Shown in pieces: positions 18,737 through 29,379 of a DNA stretch of 32,000 nucleotides. Made by a program: the position numbers and the translations under genes. Each line of letters starts with the position of its first letter. The stretch's first letter is position 1. This DNA comes from Vibrio alginolyticus NBRC 15630 = ATCC 17749 (GTDB lineage Bacteria; Pseudomonadota; Gammaproteobacteria; Enterobacterales; Vibrionaceae), in NCBI RefSeq assembly GCF_000354175.2, contig NC_022349.1:2550001-2582000 (forward strand), given 5' to 3'. The notes under the pieces were generated by a model. That model did not search any database. It saw only the letters and a list, made by a program, of their open reading frames with translations, and was not told where the DNA came from.

Positions 18737-18765
18737 TTGAGCAATGCATATCAAGTTAGTATAAT
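18737..18765 (+). promoter_or_regulatory. Sigma70 promoter for rpmB-rpmG
   Basis: TTGAGC (18737-18742), a 17-nt spacer, then consensus TATAAT (18760-18765), followed by a GC-rich discriminator GCGCG. A-tract-rich DNA lies upstream. This would give a ~125-nt leader. Confidence 0.65.
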
Positions 18766-18893
18766 GCGCGACCTTTGATAGCCTTGTATGGATTTTCCAT
18801 AGCGGTTCTTAACCTCTAACTTCTTTTCGAGAGATAGAGAGGTTCGGCCACCAAGGTTGATATCGAGCTGAAACGATTTTGGAGAAGACATTC

Positions 18894-19130
18894 ATGTCAC
18901 GAGTATGCCAAGTAACTGGTAAGCGTCCAGTAACGGGTAACAACCGTTCACACGCACGAAATGCTACTAAGCGTCGTTTTCTGCCGAACCTACAAACTCA
19001 TCGTTTCTGGGTAGAGAGCGAAAAACGTTTTGTTAAACTACGTCTATCTGCTAAAGGTATGCGCATCATCGACAAGAAAGGTATTGATACTGTTCTTGCA
19101 GACATGCGTGCACGTGGCGAAAACGTTTAA
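18894..19130 (+). CDS. rpmB: 50S ribosomal protein L28
   Basis: The ATG at 18894 is 9 nt after GGAG. It gives [46 protein letters not shown]..., 78 aa as in E. coli L28. The ORF-track start at 18879 is upstream of the RBS. Confidence 0.97.
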
Positions 19131-19143
19131 GAGGAAATAAGCA

Positions 19144-19314
19144 ATGGCAAAGAAAGGCGTTCGTGAGAAAATCCGTCTAGTATCTTCTGCAGGTACAGGC
19201 CACTTCTACACAACTGATAAGAACAAGCGTAACATGCCAGGCAAATTTGAGATCAAAAAGTTTGATCCAGTAGTTCGCCAGCACGTTATGTACAAAGAAG
19301 CAAAAATCAAATAA
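19144..19314 (+). CDS. rpmG: 50S ribosomal protein L33
   Basis: Not in the ORF track (56 aa, under its length cutoff). Hand translation: [56 protein letters not shown], stop TAA at 19312-19314. The RBS GAGGAAA is 13 nt after the rpmB stop. Confidence 0.96.
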
Positions 19315-19340
19315 TTGGTTTCAGTCTCTTTGATGAATTG

Positions 19341-19370
19341 AAAAACCCAACTTTCGAGTTGGGTTTTTTA
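19341..19370 (+). terminator. Rho-independent terminator of rpmBG
   Basis: AAAAACCCAACT-ttcg-AGTTGGGTTTTTT. Confidence 0.9.
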
Positions 19371-19584
19371 TTACCTGAATAAAAGTGCTGAAGATAAAGT
19401 GTTCAGTACGTCATCGGATTATAAAGTACTGCTGAAGTTATTTTACTGGTCCGACTCTATACTCGAATTTTTGATTGATCGCTCTCTGCCGCTTCGTTAC
19501 CACTTCCCTACACACTTGCACACCGTTGTTCTAGTCAAGCTCAATACTCTTTGGTAGTTTACTCATAACGATAAGAGAGTAGAG

Positions 19585-20067
19585 ATGGTTATGCGTGTGA
19601 GTCCGGCTCGTCGCCGCCGATGGAACAATATTCTTATTCTGGGCATTATCGCGTTTATAGTGATCTTAAATGCGCCGATGTGGATCAAAACTTACCTATT
19701 AACAGACCAAGCAGACCCTTACCCAAATGTACTTCGCTCCGACTATACGGTGGAGTCTTTGTACTATAGTGGCTGGGAGTTTGAACTGCATGATGGACGA
19801 TGGCAATCCAACATCAAAGTTGATGCACCGATCAGTGAACTTGTATCACGCTGGCAATCATTGGAAGGGACCGAGCTCACCTCAGAACAGTACGATCATT
19901 TAAAACCTAACCTGACGGTACCTGAAACGGTAGAAGTTTGGTATCAGGATCTCGAAGAGCCGCAGCGGGTGACTTTCTTTCGTTTACCTGATTTTTGGCT
20001 ATTTAAAACCTGGCAAGACAAATGGGTCGCTATCTCCGTCGATGAAAACTACCTTATGCCAGAGTAG
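19585..20067 (+). CDS. Conserved hypothetical protein with an N-terminal membrane anchor
   Basis: 160-aa ORF. GAGAGTAGAG precedes the ATG. The N-terminus is an arginine cluster followed by a TM segment (RRRRWNNILILGIIAFIVILNAPMW). The rest is a W/E-rich soluble domain. I recognise no family. Confidence 0.6.
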   Translation: MVMRVSPARRRRWNNILILGIIAFIVILNAPMWIKTYLLTDQADPYPNVLRSDYTVESLYYSGWEFELHDGRWQSNIKVDAPISELVSRWQSLEGTELTSEQYDHLKPNLTVPETVEVWYQDLEEPQRVTFFRLPDFWLFKTWQDKWVAISVDENYLMPE

Positions 20068-20169
20068 AGCCTTTTTGCGCCTATACCCCTAATAAGCTTC
20101 CCTATTTATCGTTTTTCTTTTCGATTATGCTAGCAGCGAGAACTATTAGCCGGTGAATTGGAGAATCTA

Positions 20170-20979
20170 ATGCCTGAGTTGCCAGAAGTTGAAGTGAGCC
20201 GTATGGGGATTAGCCCCCACATGGTTGGACAAACGATCCTGTCGTTTACTTTTCGAACGCCTAAATTGCGCTGGGATATTCCTACAGAGCTTAAAAAATT
20301 GGAAGGGCAGGTGATCCGTGCGATTAGCCGTCGTGCGAAATACTTACTGATCGAGACAAACACAGGTACAGCCATTGTTCACTTGGGCATGTCTGGGTCT
20401 TTACGTGTCCTAGATGCTGACTTTCCGCCAGCAAAGCACGATCATGTGGATCTCAAACTAAGCAGTGGAAAAATACTGCGTTATAACGATCCGCGTCGTT
20501 TTGGGGCATGGCTGTGGTGTGCTCCTGGCGAGTCACATGCTGTGCTAGCAAACATGGGGCCTGAGCCTTTAACTGAAGAGTTCAATGCGGAATATGTAGC
20601 GGAGAAAGCTAAAAATAAGCGTGTCGCCGTCAAGCAGTTCATCATGGACAACAAAGTCGTGGTTGGTGTTGGGAACATCTACGCGAATGAGTCGTTGTTT
20701 AAATCTCGAATTCACCCTTCAAGGCCCGCAGGTAAGTTGACTTCTCAAGAGTGGAGGTTACTTGTTGAAAATATCAAAATGACACTTGAGATTGCCATTA
20801 CGCAAGGTGGGACTACTCTGAAAGATTTTGCGCAAGCCGATGGAAAGCCGGGTTACTTTGCACAAGAGTTATTGGTTTACGGAAAAGCAGGAGAGCCATG
20901 CCCAGAGTGCGGCGAACGACTTCAAGAGCTAAAGATTGGCCAACGTAATACCTTCTTTTGTAGTGAGTGTCAGAAGTAA
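20170..20979 (+). CDS. mutM: Formamidopyrimidine-DNA glycosylase
   Basis: The catalytic N-terminus must be MPELPEVE, which is the ATG at 20170. The ORF-track start at 20158 adds 4 residues. Motifs include HLGMSGS and NIYANESLF. The C-terminal zinc finger is [26 protein letters not shown]. Confidence 0.96.
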   Translation: MPELPEVEVSRMGISPHMVGQTILSFTFRTPKLRWDIPTELKKLEGQVIRAISRRAKYLLIETNTGTAIVHLGMSGSLRVLDADFPPAKHDHVDLKLSSGKILRYNDPRRFGAWLWCAPGESHAVLANMGPEPLTEEFNAEYVAEKAKNKRVAVKQFIMDNKVVVGVGNIYANESLFKSRIHPSRPAGKLTSQEWRLLVENIKMTLEIAITQGGTTLKDFAQADGKPGYFAQELLVYGKAGEPCPECGERLQELKIGQRNTFFCSECQK

Positions 20980-21065
20980 GTCGAGCTATTATCGAGCTTA
21001 AGTTGTTGTAATCTTGCGTTCGAGCCTCAATAATTCAATCAGTTTCGAATAACTTAGTAAATTAT

Positions 21066-21548
21066 ATGAAAGTCATTTATCCGGGCACTTTTGATCCAGT
21101 GACTAATGGTCACCTCAATCTAATTGAACGTACTCACGAAATGTTTGATGAGGTTGTGATTGGCGTAGCCGCAAGCCCATCGAAGAACACTATGTTTTCA
21201 TTGGAAGAGCGCGTTGCACTGATGCAGGACGTTGTAGCGCATTTACCTGGTGTGACGGTAAAGGGGTTCTCCGGGTTATTAGTGGATTTCGCGAGAAATG
21301 AGAAAGCTAAGGTTCTTATTCGTGGTTTACGAACAACGGTAGACTTTGAATACGAGTTTGGACTGACCAACATGTACCGAAAGCTATTACCAGGAATCGA
21401 GAGCGTATTTTTAACTCCTGAAGAAGAGTTTGCGTTTTTATCGTCGACTATCGTGAGAGAAGTAGCGATTCATGGCGGAAGTATCGAACAATTCGTTCCC
21501 AAGCCAGTAGCCATCGCGATTGGGGAAAAACTCAATGAAAGACAGTAA
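21066..21548 (+). CDS. coaD: Phosphopantetheine adenylyltransferase
   Basis: 160 aa. It begins [23 protein letters not shown], which contains the nucleotidyltransferase T/HxGH motif. SSTIVREV is also present. Confidence 0.96.
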   Translation: MKVIYPGTFDPVTNGHLNLIERTHEMFDEVVIGVAASPSKNTMFSLEERVALMQDVVAHLPGVTVKGFSGLLVDFARNEKAKVLIRGLRTTVDFEYEFGLTNMYRKLLPGIESVFLTPEEEFAFLSSTIVREVAIHGGSIEQFVPKPVAIAIGEKLNERQ

Positions 21549-22470
21549 GTTCCCTTATTATTTCTCAAACGCTCTCTCGATACTTATCCCTCGCTTTGTA
21601 TATCGAGCACAAGCCAAGCGTTTACTTTCGAATCTGACCGAGGCAGAGCTGCAACGCTGTCTTGAGCGGGTGAACTATTACAATAAGTGTGAAACGCCGT
21701 TTTCAGTCGATAGCCGAGAACAAAGTTACTCGACCATCGATACATTCAAAAAAACGAAAGGCTGGACGTATTTTTTCGATCTTCGCCAAGTTGTACGCTA
21801 TTTCCCTTCCAGTTTTGCGTTTAACTACATCAACGGCGATGTTACACACATCCCCAATGTACCGAGCTTTATAAAAAGCCGCCCTATTTTTGGTAACAAC
21901 CAAAATTCAGTGGTGTTGAAACTTAATCAAGTTCGTCATTTTAAATTTATTGACGATCCTGTTCGCTATCAAGATAAAAAGGACATGGTAGCGTGGCGCG
22001 GCGTGGGTTTTCAGCCGCATCGTAAAAAGGTGATTCATGCGTTTTACAACCATCCGCAATGCAATATTGGCCAGACCCGCCCGGTAGAAGGGAAACCATG
22101 GGAAAAGGGCTTTATGAGTATTGAAGAGCAACTGCAGTATAAGTTTTTGCTCTGTATAGAAGGCAATGATGTGGCCACCAACCTTAAGTGGGCTATGTCG
22201 TCTAACTCCTTGGTTATTATGTCAAAGCCAAAATATGAGACTTGGTTTATGGAAGGTAAGTTAGAGGCAGGCGTCCACTATGTTGAAGTGAAGGATGACT
22301 ATTCGGATTTGCCCGAAAAGATGGATTATTACCTAGCGAATGAGCAAGAAGCATTAGCGATCATTGAAAATGCGCACCAGTGGGTTGAGCAGTTCAAAGA
22401 TAAACGTAAAGAGCGTTTGATCTCATTGATGGTTGCCGATAAGTACTTCGCTTTATCTCAGCAACAATAA
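21535..22470 (+). CDS. Glycosyltransferase family 90 (CAP10-domain) LPS-modifying protein
   Basis: The ORF-track start at 21520 is TTG. The ATG at 21535 follows GGGGA and overlaps the coaD end by 14 nt. The C-terminal half [58 protein letters not shown] fits the Glyco_transf_90 pattern as I remember it. Confidence 0.75.
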   Translation: MKDSKFPYYFSNALSILIPRFVYRAQAKRLLSNLTEAELQRCLERVNYYNKCETPFSVDSREQSYSTIDTFKKTKGWTYFFDLRQVVRYFPSSFAFNYINGDVTHIPNVPSFIKSRPIFGNNQNSVVLKLNQVRHFKFIDDPVRYQDKKDMVAWRGVGFQPHRKKVIHAFYNHPQCNIGQTRPVEGKPWEKGFMSIEEQLQYKFLLCIEGNDVATNLKWAMSSNSLVIMSKPKYETWFMEGKLEAGVHYVEVKDDYSDLPEKMDYYLANEQEALAIIENAHQWVEQFKDKRKERLISLMVADKYFALSQQQ

Positions 22471-22496
22471 AAAAGGGGCGAAACGCCCCTTTTTTA
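22471..22496. terminator. Bidirectional terminator between convergent glycosyltransferase genes
   Basis: AAAAGGGGCG-aaa-CGCCCCTTTTTT, immediately after the stop at 22470 and 6 nt before the stop of the minus-strand gene (22502). Confidence 0.9.
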
Positions 22497-22501
22497 TAAT
22501 C

Positions 22502-23290
22502 TTAAGCTTCTAGAAATTGATCAACACCATTCTCACAGCGTTTAAGCTTGTTTTTAATGGTGTTTTCTAAAATCTCGTCATTTTGTCCGAGTGACGCGCG
22601 AGAGTTTTCTACGTGGTACAAGTGGTAGCCTACACCTGCGAATTTTAGGTAAAGACGTGACTTACCCGCATTCAACATGCGATGAACAAACTCGCTGTCT
22701 TCGCGTCCCCATCCAACAAAATCTTGGTTGAAGCCATTCACCTCGATGACATCTTGTCGCCAAAACGCCATGTTGCAACCGCGAGTGGCTTTATCGTTAT
22801 TGCGCTCGTAAGAGAACCATTTCGATAGCAAAGCGTTGGTGATGCAGTTTTTACGATTGCGAATGCCTTTGCTGAAGATAGAAGGCACTAAGCCGTTTTC
22901 CATGATGGCCTTGCTGCAGCTTTCATCCGTTAACACACGTCCGCCCTGCACAAACCAATTTGGTTTTGCGACTTGCTTATGTGATTCAATAAACGTTTGG
23001 GACAGCACCATGTCGCCATCAATCATGATGAGGTAGTCACCTGATGCTTTGGCGATCGCGCGGTTGCGGCTCATTGAAAGTTGAAAGCCATTATCTTCGT
23101 GCCAGCTATGAATAAGTGGTACTGGAAAGCCGTCACGCAGTTGGTCAACCATTGCTTTGGTGTCTTCTCGAGAGCCATCATCTGCAACAATTACTTCGTC
23201 AGGCAAAACGGTTTGACGTTTCACGCTTTCTAACACCGCTTTTAATGCTTCTTTCCAGTTGTAAGTGGTGATAATTAAAGTCGTTTTCAT
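22502..23290 (-). CDS. Glycosyltransferase family 2 (LPS core)
   Basis: 262 aa. It begins [27 protein letters not shown]. Motifs include [12 protein letters not shown], the DXD in IMIDGDM, and GWGREDSEF, which is typical of the galactosyltransferase-like GT2 subgroup. Confidence 0.85.
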   Translation of the reverse strand: MKTTLIITTYNWKEALKAVLESVKRQTVLPDEVIVADDGSREDTKAMVDQLRDGFPVPLIHSWHEDNGFQLSMSRNRAIAKASGDYLIMIDGDMVLSQTFIESHKQVAKPNWFVQGGRVLTDESCSKAIMENGLVPSIFSKGIRNRKNCITNALLSKWFSYERNNDKATRGCNMAFWRQDVIEVNGFNQDFVGWGREDSEFVHRMLNAGKSRLYLKFAGVGYHLYHVENSRASLGQNDEILENTIKNKLKRCENGVDQFLEA

Positions 23291-24060
23291 GATTTTTTTG
23301 CCTGTTCACGTAAGTAGAGATCGATATATTTTACAAAAGTAGAGTGCATGCTTAGCCAAGCTAGAATGAAGCCATGCTTGCCATCAAGGAAGCCTCGTTT
23401 GAGAACATACATCTTCAAAAAGCTAGCAAGAGCGTGAACGATAGCGGTCGTTAAACCCGCTTTCTTTTTACCTTCACGTTCATCCGTCCAGGCCTTGAGG
23501 TAGCCAGTGGTTTTATTGATGTAATGATGAAGGTGCTCGTAAGTGTAGTGATGCAGTCGACCATCCAGTTTTTCAGTTTGATAGTTTTTCTCATCAACTT
23601 TTTCATGAACGAGCGAATCATTATATTGTGTATATTCGGTGCGATATAAGCGCACAATCCAGTCTGGAGACCAACCAGAATGGTAGATGAACTTACCAAA
23701 CGCTGAGCTTAGTCGATTAAGTTTGTATAAAACGTTCGGCTTATTGGCTGATACCGCGTGTAAGATACTTTCTTTTAGCTCTGGAGTGACTTGTTCGTCC
23801 GCATCAAGCCACAAAACGTAGTCTGCCGTAACGTATTGCTGCGCCAGTTGGCGCTGTTTACCGAATCCTGGCCAATCTAGGTTGGTGTAAAACTTATCTG
23901 TGTATTGTCGGGCGATTTCTTCAGTGCGATCAGTGCTGCCCGAGTCTAGAAGGACAATCTCATCGACCCAATCTTTTACTGTGTCTAGACAAGCTTGTAA
24001 GTGCTTCTCTTCATTTTTTACAATTAAGGCAACGGCTAAGGTTGGTTTGGACAAGGTCAT
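23287..24060 (-). CDS. Glycosyltransferase family 2, WaaE/KdtX-like LPS core glycosyltransferase
   Basis: 257 aa. Motifs include [43 protein letters not shown], and the C-terminus [14 protein letters not shown], which is characteristic of the WaaE/KdtX group as I recall it. The stop overlaps the next gene's ATG by 4 nt (ATGA). Confidence 0.8.
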   Translation of the reverse strand: MTLSKPTLAVALIVKNEEKHLQACLDTVKDWVDEIVLLDSGSTDRTEEIARQYTDKFYTNLDWPGFGKQRQLAQQYVTADYVLWLDADEQVTPELKESILHAVSANKPNVLYKLNRLSSAFGKFIYHSGWSPDWIVRLYRTEYTQYNDSLVHEKVDEKNYQTEKLDGRLHHYTYEHLHHYINKTTGYLKAWTDEREGKKKAGLTTAIVHALASFLKMYVLKRGFLDGKHGFILAWLSMHSTFVKYIDLYLREQAKKS

Positions 24061-24089
24061 TTCCTTCTTAACAAATCAAGACAGTAAGT

Positions 24090-25145
24090 TTACTGGTATT
24101 GAGGATACAAATCTTCTAAGACTTGATCGAACATGCTCATTACTTGAGTGCTGGTAATGCGGTTCATTGCCGTTTCATCTTTAGCGCGAGTTCGCCAGCT
24201 TAACTCGTGACTGTTTTTACCTGTTTCCGCAAAGATCGTTTCTTCATACACTGAGACAACGTATTTTAGATAACGGTAAGGTCCCACTCGCAGCGGATTA
24301 TGGTGTGCATAGAGCCCGATGATTGGTGTTTTCATTGCATTCGCCATGTGTGCTGGTCCGGTATCGGGGGCGATGACCATTTCAACCTTATCTATTAACG
24401 CAAGCATTTGCAGAATTGAACTTTGTCCAACTAAATTTAGACACGGTTCTTCCAAGCGAGATTGAATGGCCTCTGCCAGATCCAATTCTACCTGAGCAGG
24501 GCTGCCTGCCAGAATCACGTTCCAGCCTTTTGCTCTGGCGTGATGAATCACATCCACATAACCTTCCGCGTTCCAGTTTTTATAAGCTTTGCTCGCACCA
24601 GGCACAATCAGCAGGTTAGGTTTACTACGAGAAATATGAGACTCTGCCCAAGCTTGATCGTGGTCTGAATAAGAAAGTACCCAGTCTAGTCCTGCCTTTG
24701 GTACCCCAATTTGATGGGCAAAGGCCATTAAGCCATCTGCGACATGCAGAGATTGCGGGGAAGGCACTTTGACATTGGTAAATAGTGTTTGAAAGTCCTG
24801 GCTTCTATCAGAAGAGAAACCAAGTTTGTATTTTGCTTTAATGCCCAACGTTGCGACACTCGCTCGAATCGCGTACTGCATATGCAATAGCGCATCAAAC
24901 TCTCTGCCTTTCAGCTGTCGCCAAAGTGATTTGTAGCCATCAAGTCCCGCTTTTTTATCAAAAACAATCACTTCTACACCATCGATGGCGGCTAATAACT
25001 GGGCTTCAAGTTTACCCGTTATCCAAGTAATCTGGGTCGAAGGCCAGTGTTTCTGAATAGCTTGAATGCTGGCGATAGTATTGCAAACGTCTCCGATAGC
25101 GGACAAACGCAAGACGCATAGTGACGATGGGGCAGAAGTGAACAT
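24090..25145 (-). CDS. Glycosyltransferase family 9 (ADP-heptose:LPS heptosyltransferase family)
   Basis: 351 aa. The N-terminus VLRLSAIGDVCNTIASIQAIQKHWP is typical of GT9. The C-terminal nucleotide-sugar domain contains APDTGPAHMANAMKTPIIGLY. It does not look like a canonical WaaC or WaaF, so acceptor and position are unassigned. Confidence 0.85.
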   Translation of the reverse strand: MFTSAPSSLCVLRLSAIGDVCNTIASIQAIQKHWPSTQITWITGKLEAQLLAAIDGVEVIVFDKKAGLDGYKSLWRQLKGREFDALLHMQYAIRASVATLGIKAKYKLGFSSDRSQDFQTLFTNVKVPSPQSLHVADGLMAFAHQIGVPKAGLDWVLSYSDHDQAWAESHISRSKPNLLIVPGASKAYKNWNAEGYVDVIHHARAKGWNVILAGSPAQVELDLAEAIQSRLEEPCLNLVGQSSILQMLALIDKVEMVIAPDTGPAHMANAMKTPIIGLYAHHNPLRVGPYRYLKYVVSVYEETIFAETGKNSHELSWRTRAKDETAMNRITSTQVMSMFDQVLEDLYPQYQ

Positions 25146-25252
25146 AATTATTGTCTGATTCGATGAATAGAGGCAGGTAAATTATGCAGACATCCCCAAT
25201 AAATGTAAAATACACGGCTCGAATATAGCTAAGTACTGATAAGTGTTCTGCA

Positions 25253-25660
25253 ATGTCAAAGACAACACCACATCAATCGCAAGAATCTGGCAAGCCGGGT
25301 AACACCGGGCTAAAGCGTATCGTTAAAGCGACGGGTTATTCGATCCAAGGATTAAAAGCGGCTTTTAAGCATGAAGCTGCAATTCGACAAGAGTTGGCTC
25401 TTTTGAGTATTGCTGTGATTTTGGCTTGGCTAGTGGATGTCGGCATGGTTGAGCGTATCTTAATGATCGGGGTCGTGGTATTAGTCTTGATTGTAGAGCT
25501 TGTAAACTCAGCGATTGAGGCGGTAGTGGATCGTATCGGTATTGAACGGCATGAACTCAGTGGTCGAGCTAAAGATATAGGCTCTGCTGCCGTTATGGTT
25601 GCTTTGGCGTTTGCTGCATTTACTTGGTTGTATATATTAGCCAGCCGGTATTTAGGCTAG
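25253..25660 (+). CDS. dgkA: Diacylglycerol kinase
   Basis: 135 aa with three TM helices. Motifs include GYSIQGLKAAFKHEAAIRQE and VELVNSAIEAVVDRIG...SGRAKDIGSAAV. Confidence 0.93.
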   Translation: MSKTTPHQSQESGKPGNTGLKRIVKATGYSIQGLKAAFKHEAAIRQELALLSIAVILAWLVDVGMVERILMIGVVVLVLIVELVNSAIEAVVDRIGIERHELSGRAKDIGSAAVMVALAFAAFTWLYILASRYLG

Positions 25661-25671
25661 AGGGTGAGCGT

Positions 25672-26382
25672 ATGACTCAACAGTATAAAAACAACAACCA
25701 AGTGATCTGGTTTGATGACGAGACCATTACAGACCCTAGCCAACCGATATTTGATGCGGAATACTGGCAGTCCTCCGACAAGGTGGTTGGCAGTGCGACG
25801 GGGCGAGGCACGACATGGTTTATCCAACTAGAGAACATGCAAGCGGCACTACGTCATTACCGTCGTGGCGGTTTGTTTGGGAAGTTAATTAACGATCATT
25901 ATTGGTTCTCTGGCTGGGATAACACCCGTTGTGCGCAAGAGTTTCAGCTTTTGTTGGCGCTAATTGAGGCTGGGGTGCACGTTCCTCGTCCTATTGCAGC
26001 AAGAGCCGTAAAGTCAGGACTCTTCTATCAAGCTGATTTATTAAGTGAGCGAATCCCAAACGCCAGAGATCTGGTTAGTATCTTGCAAGAACAGTCTTTA
26101 TCGGTAGAAATGTATCAGAAAATAGGGCAAGAAATTGCCAAGATGCATCAGGTTGGCGTTAACCATACTGATTTGAATATCCACAATATCTTGATCGACG
26201 ACAAAGATAAGGTATGGATTATCGATTTTGATAAGTGTCGTTTTGAAACTTCTGGTGACTGGAAGCATCAAAATCTAAATAGACTTCTGCGTTCATTTAA
26301 TAAAGAGCGTTTAAAGCGACAGATTATTTGGCAAGAATCCGATTTTGAACATTTTCAGGACGGTTATGCTTCTCAATCTTAA
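25672..26382 (+). CDS. kdkA: 3-deoxy-D-manno-octulosonic acid (Kdo) kinase
   Basis: The ORF-track start at 25624 overlaps dgkA. The ATG at 25672 follows GAGGGTGAG. The kinase-like catalytic loop is HTDLNIHNILID, followed by WIIDFDKC. The N-terminal region contains GRGTTWF and ALRHYRRGG. Size and context match KdkA. Confidence 0.88.
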   Translation: MTQQYKNNNQVIWFDDETITDPSQPIFDAEYWQSSDKVVGSATGRGTTWFIQLENMQAALRHYRRGGLFGKLINDHYWFSGWDNTRCAQEFQLLLALIEAGVHVPRPIAARAVKSGLFYQADLLSERIPNARDLVSILQEQSLSVEMYQKIGQEIAKMHQVGVNHTDLNIHNILIDDKDKVWIIDFDKCRFETSGDWKHQNLNRLLRSFNKERLKRQIIWQESDFEHFQDGYASQS

Positions 26383-26526
26383 TTGAGTTTTTTATCATTT
26401 TATGTTGATTGCTCTAAGTAAGCCTTCTTGAGTCTAACGATGCTCGAGTGAGTCTATAAACTACAATAATCATAAAGTATTCATGTGTATCTGATGGCAC
26501 AAAAATTAACGTAGGTAACATTTGTA

Positions 26527-27591
26527 ATGAAAATATTAGTAACCGGTGGAGCAGGCTTTATTGGGTCAGCTGTTGTCCGACATATCATTCGTGACACCCA
26601 AGATACCGTCATCAATTTAGATAAACTGACCTACGCAGGGAATCTAGAATCACTGGTTGATGTCTCAGAGAGTGAACGTTACTACTTTGAGCAAGTAGAT
26701 ATCTGTGACCGAGCTGAACTAGATCGCGTGTTTTCAGAGCATCAACCCGATAGGGTGATGCATTTGGCGGCTGAGTCTCATGTCGATCGCTCTATTGATG
26801 GTCCTGCTGCTTTTATTGAGACCAACGTGATGGGCACTTACCATTTGCTTGAAGCGGCTCGTCAATATTGGTCGGGCTTAGATGAAGCGCGCCAATCGGC
26901 ATTCCGTTTTCATCATATTTCTACGGATGAAGTGTATGGTGATTTAGAGGGAACGGATGATTTGTTCACCGAAACCACTTCATACGCGCCGAGCAGCCCA
27001 TATTCTGCATCTAAAGCTTCGAGCGATCACCTGGTTCGCGCTTGGCAACGTACTTATGGCTTACCAACACTTATCACTAATTGCTCCAACAACTATGGCC
27101 CGTACCACTTCCCAGAGAAGTTGATCCCTCTGATGATTTTAAATGCCCTCGATGGCAAGCCGTTGCCTGTGTATGGTGATGGTATGCAGATCCGAGATTG
27201 GCTGTTTGTGGAAGACCATGCTCGCGCGCTGTACAAAGTGGTCAACGAAGGTGAAGTCGGTGAAACCTACAACATTGGTGGCCATAACGAAAAAGCCAAC
27301 ATCGAAGTGGTGAAAACCATTTGTGCTTTGCTTGAAGAGCTGCAACCAAACAAACCTGCAGGTGTTGAGTCTTATGAATCTTTGATCACGTATGTGAAAG
27401 ATCGCCCAGGTCATGATGTGCGTTACGCAATTGATGCCACCAAGATTGCTCAAGAGCTTAACTGGACGCCGGAAGAAACCTTTGAAAGCGGCATTCGTAA
27501 AACCGTGGAATGGTACCTAAACAACCCGCAATGGTGGCAACGCGTGCTTGATGGTTCATACAGTTTAGAGCGATTAGGAGCGGGCGAATAA
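26527..27591 (+). CDS. rfbB: dTDP-glucose 4,6-dehydratase
   Basis: 354 aa. It begins [19 protein letters not shown]. The catalytic [10 protein letters not shown] (YxxxK) is present, and the sequence is SDR-extended throughout. Confidence 0.96.
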   Translation: MKILVTGGAGFIGSAVVRHIIRDTQDTVINLDKLTYAGNLESLVDVSESERYYFEQVDICDRAELDRVFSEHQPDRVMHLAAESHVDRSIDGPAAFIETNVMGTYHLLEAARQYWSGLDEARQSAFRFHHISTDEVYGDLEGTDDLFTETTSYAPSSPYSASKASSDHLVRAWQRTYGLPTLITNCSNNYGPYHFPEKLIPLMILNALDGKPLPVYGDGMQIRDWLFVEDHARALYKVVNEGEVGETYNIGGHNEKANIEVVKTICALLEELQPNKPAGVESYESLITYVKDRPGHDVRYAIDATKIAQELNWTPEETFESGIRKTVEWYLNNPQWWQRVLDGSYSLERLGAGE

Positions 27592-28457
27592 TGAAAGGCA
27601 TTATTTTAGCAGGTGGCTCGGGCACTCGCCTTTACCCTATTACACGCGGTGTCTCTAAGCAGTTACTGCCGGTTTATGACAAACCAATGATTTACTACCC
27701 GTTGTCAGTACTCATGCTTGCGGGCATTCGTGAAATCTTGATCATCACCACGCCAGAAGACCAGGAAGGTTTTCAGCGTCTATTAGGTGATGGCTCAGAG
27801 TTTGGCATTGAGTTGCAATACGCGATTCAACCAAGCCCAGACGGCTTAGCTCAAGCCTTCATCATCGGTGAAGAATTCATTGGCGATGACTCAGTATGTT
27901 TGGTGCTGGGTGACAACATCTTTTATGGGCAAGGGTTTACTCCGAAGTTGCAGCAAGCCGCTGCTTTAACGGAAGGTGCGACGGTCTTTGGTTATAAAGT
28001 GAAAGATCCTGAGCGCTTTGGTGTGGTGGAATTTGATGAAGAGATGCGAGCGCTATCGATTGAAGAGAAGCCATTCAAGCCAAAATCCAATTACGCCGTG
28101 ACCGGACTGTATTTCTACGATAACCGCGTCGTGGACATTGCCAAAACTATTCAACCGTCCCATCGTGGCGAGCTAGAAATTACGAGTATTAACCAAGCTT
28201 ACTTAGAGCAAGGGAAGTTGACGGTTGACGTGCTAGGGCGTGGCTTTGCGTGGTTAGACACGGGAACACATGGCAGCTTGCTTGAAGCTGCTCACTTTGT
28301 CGAAACGATCGAGAAACGCCAAGGTTACAAAGTGGCTTGCTTAGAAGAGATTGCGTATCGCCGAGGCTGGTTAACGCGAGAGCACATTCAAGCTGCAGGA
28401 AAAGCCTTATCTAAAAACGATTATGGCCGCTATCTTCTAGAGTTATTGGAAGAATAA
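27591..28457 (+). CDS. rfbA: Glucose-1-phosphate thymidylyltransferase
   Basis: 288 aa. It begins [38 protein letters not shown]. The start overlaps the rfbB stop (TAATG). Confidence 0.96.
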   Translation: MKGIILAGGSGTRLYPITRGVSKQLLPVYDKPMIYYPLSVLMLAGIREILIITTPEDQEGFQRLLGDGSEFGIELQYAIQPSPDGLAQAFIIGEEFIGDDSVCLVLGDNIFYGQGFTPKLQQAAALTEGATVFGYKVKDPERFGVVEFDEEMRALSIEEKPFKPKSNYAVTGLYFYDNRVVDIAKTIQPSHRGELEITSINQAYLEQGKLTVDVLGRGFAWLDTGTHGSLLEAAHFVETIEKRQGYKVACLEEIAYRRGWLTREHIQAAGKALSKNDYGRYLLELLEE

Positions 28458-28871
28458 ATGTCGAATATACCGCTAATATCTTTTCAGAAAATGGGTGATG
28501 AGCGAGGCTCATTAATCTCGTTAGAGCAACACAAAAACATTCCGTTTGATATCAAACGTATTTACTACATCTTTGATACACAAAGCGGTTTAGCGAGGGG
28601 CTTTCATGCACACTACGACTTAGAGCAAGTCGCTATCTGCATGAAAGGTAGCGTGACTTTCGTCATTGATGATGGTACCACGAAAGAGACAGTGACGCTT
28701 TCCTCTCCCGATGTAGGACTGCATATTAAAGGCTTAAAATGGCGTGAGATGCACGACTTTTCTGAAGATTATGTACTGATGGTTGTCGCTAGTGAATTGT
28801 ATGATGAAGCCGATTACATACGCGATTATGCTGAATTTTTGAATGTGGTAAACAAACATGCTGAAAAGTAA
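28458..28871 (+). CDS. dTDP-4-keto-6-deoxy-D-glucose 3,4-ketoisomerase (FdtA/QdtA, WxcM-like cupin)
   Basis: 137 aa. The segments GDERGSLISLEQHKNIPFDIKRIYYIFDT...RGFHAHYDLEQV...LMVVASELYDEADYIRDY closely parallel Aneurinibacillus FdtA as I recall it (DSRGSLVAIEENKNIPFSIKRVYYIFDT...RGFHAHKKLEQV...DYYDETDYIRQY), including the HAH histidines. The ATG directly abuts the rfbA stop. Confidence 0.85.
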   Translation: MSNIPLISFQKMGDERGSLISLEQHKNIPFDIKRIYYIFDTQSGLARGFHAHYDLEQVAICMKGSVTFVIDDGTTKETVTLSSPDVGLHIKGLKWREMHDFSEDYVLMVVASELYDEADYIRDYAEFLNVVNKHAEK

Positions 28872-29379
28872 GACAATACAACTTCGCCTTGTTCAAGAAG
28901 ATGATGCAGAGTTTATAACTCAGCTTCGAGGTGATGAAAAATACAATACACACTTGTCCAAATGCGATACGAGTGTTGAAGCACAAAGATTATGGATAAG
29001 AGCGTATAAAGAGGACGAGCAACAAAAGAAGCAGTTTTACTTCATTATAGAGAGGCTAGATGGAACCAAATGCGGAACAGTTAGACTTTACGACTTTAAA
29101 GGTGTTTCTTTTTGTTGGGGAAGTTGGATCCTGAATCATGAAAAAACACGTTACGCTGCCCTCGAAAGTGCTCTTTTAGTTTATCAATTTGGCTTTGATG
29201 TGTTGGGTTTTAAAAAATGCCACTTCGATGTTCGCAAAGATAACCATGCGGTAAACAAATTCCATGAAAAGTTCGGTGCTCGACTCGTTGGCGATACAGA
29301 CTTGGATTATCTTTATGAAATATACCCGTCAGATATTGAGCCAATGAAATTGAAGTGTGAAAAAATCCTAGGTAGATAA
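28858..29379 (+). CDS. GNAT-family N-acyltransferase (RimJ/RimL-like fold), probable sugar-nucleotide N-acyltransferase
   Basis: 173 aa. It begins [14 protein letters not shown]. The GNAT core is consistent with [45 protein letters not shown]. It overlaps the isomerase gene by 14 nt and the aminotransferase gene by 1 nt. The function is inferred from context only. Confidence 0.65.
   Translation: MLKSKTIQLRLVQEDDAEFITQLRGDEKYNTHLSKCDTSVEAQRLWIRAYKEDEQQKKQFYFIIERLDGTKCGTVRLYDFKGVSFCWGSWILNHEKTRYAALESALLVYQFGFDVLGFKKCHFDVRKDNHAVNKFHEKFGARLVGDTDLDYLYEIYPSDIEPMKLKCEKILGR

Noticed and set aside
26383-26526. Search for a JUMPstart/ops (GGCGGTAG) element upstream of rfbB
   Set aside because: No match is present. 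The closest string is CGTAGGTAAC. RfaH-type antitermination cannot be claimed for this operon from this window.
27139-27453. 104-aa antisense ORF inside rfbB
   Set aside because: It is a shadow ORF opposite a strongly supported dehydratase CDS.
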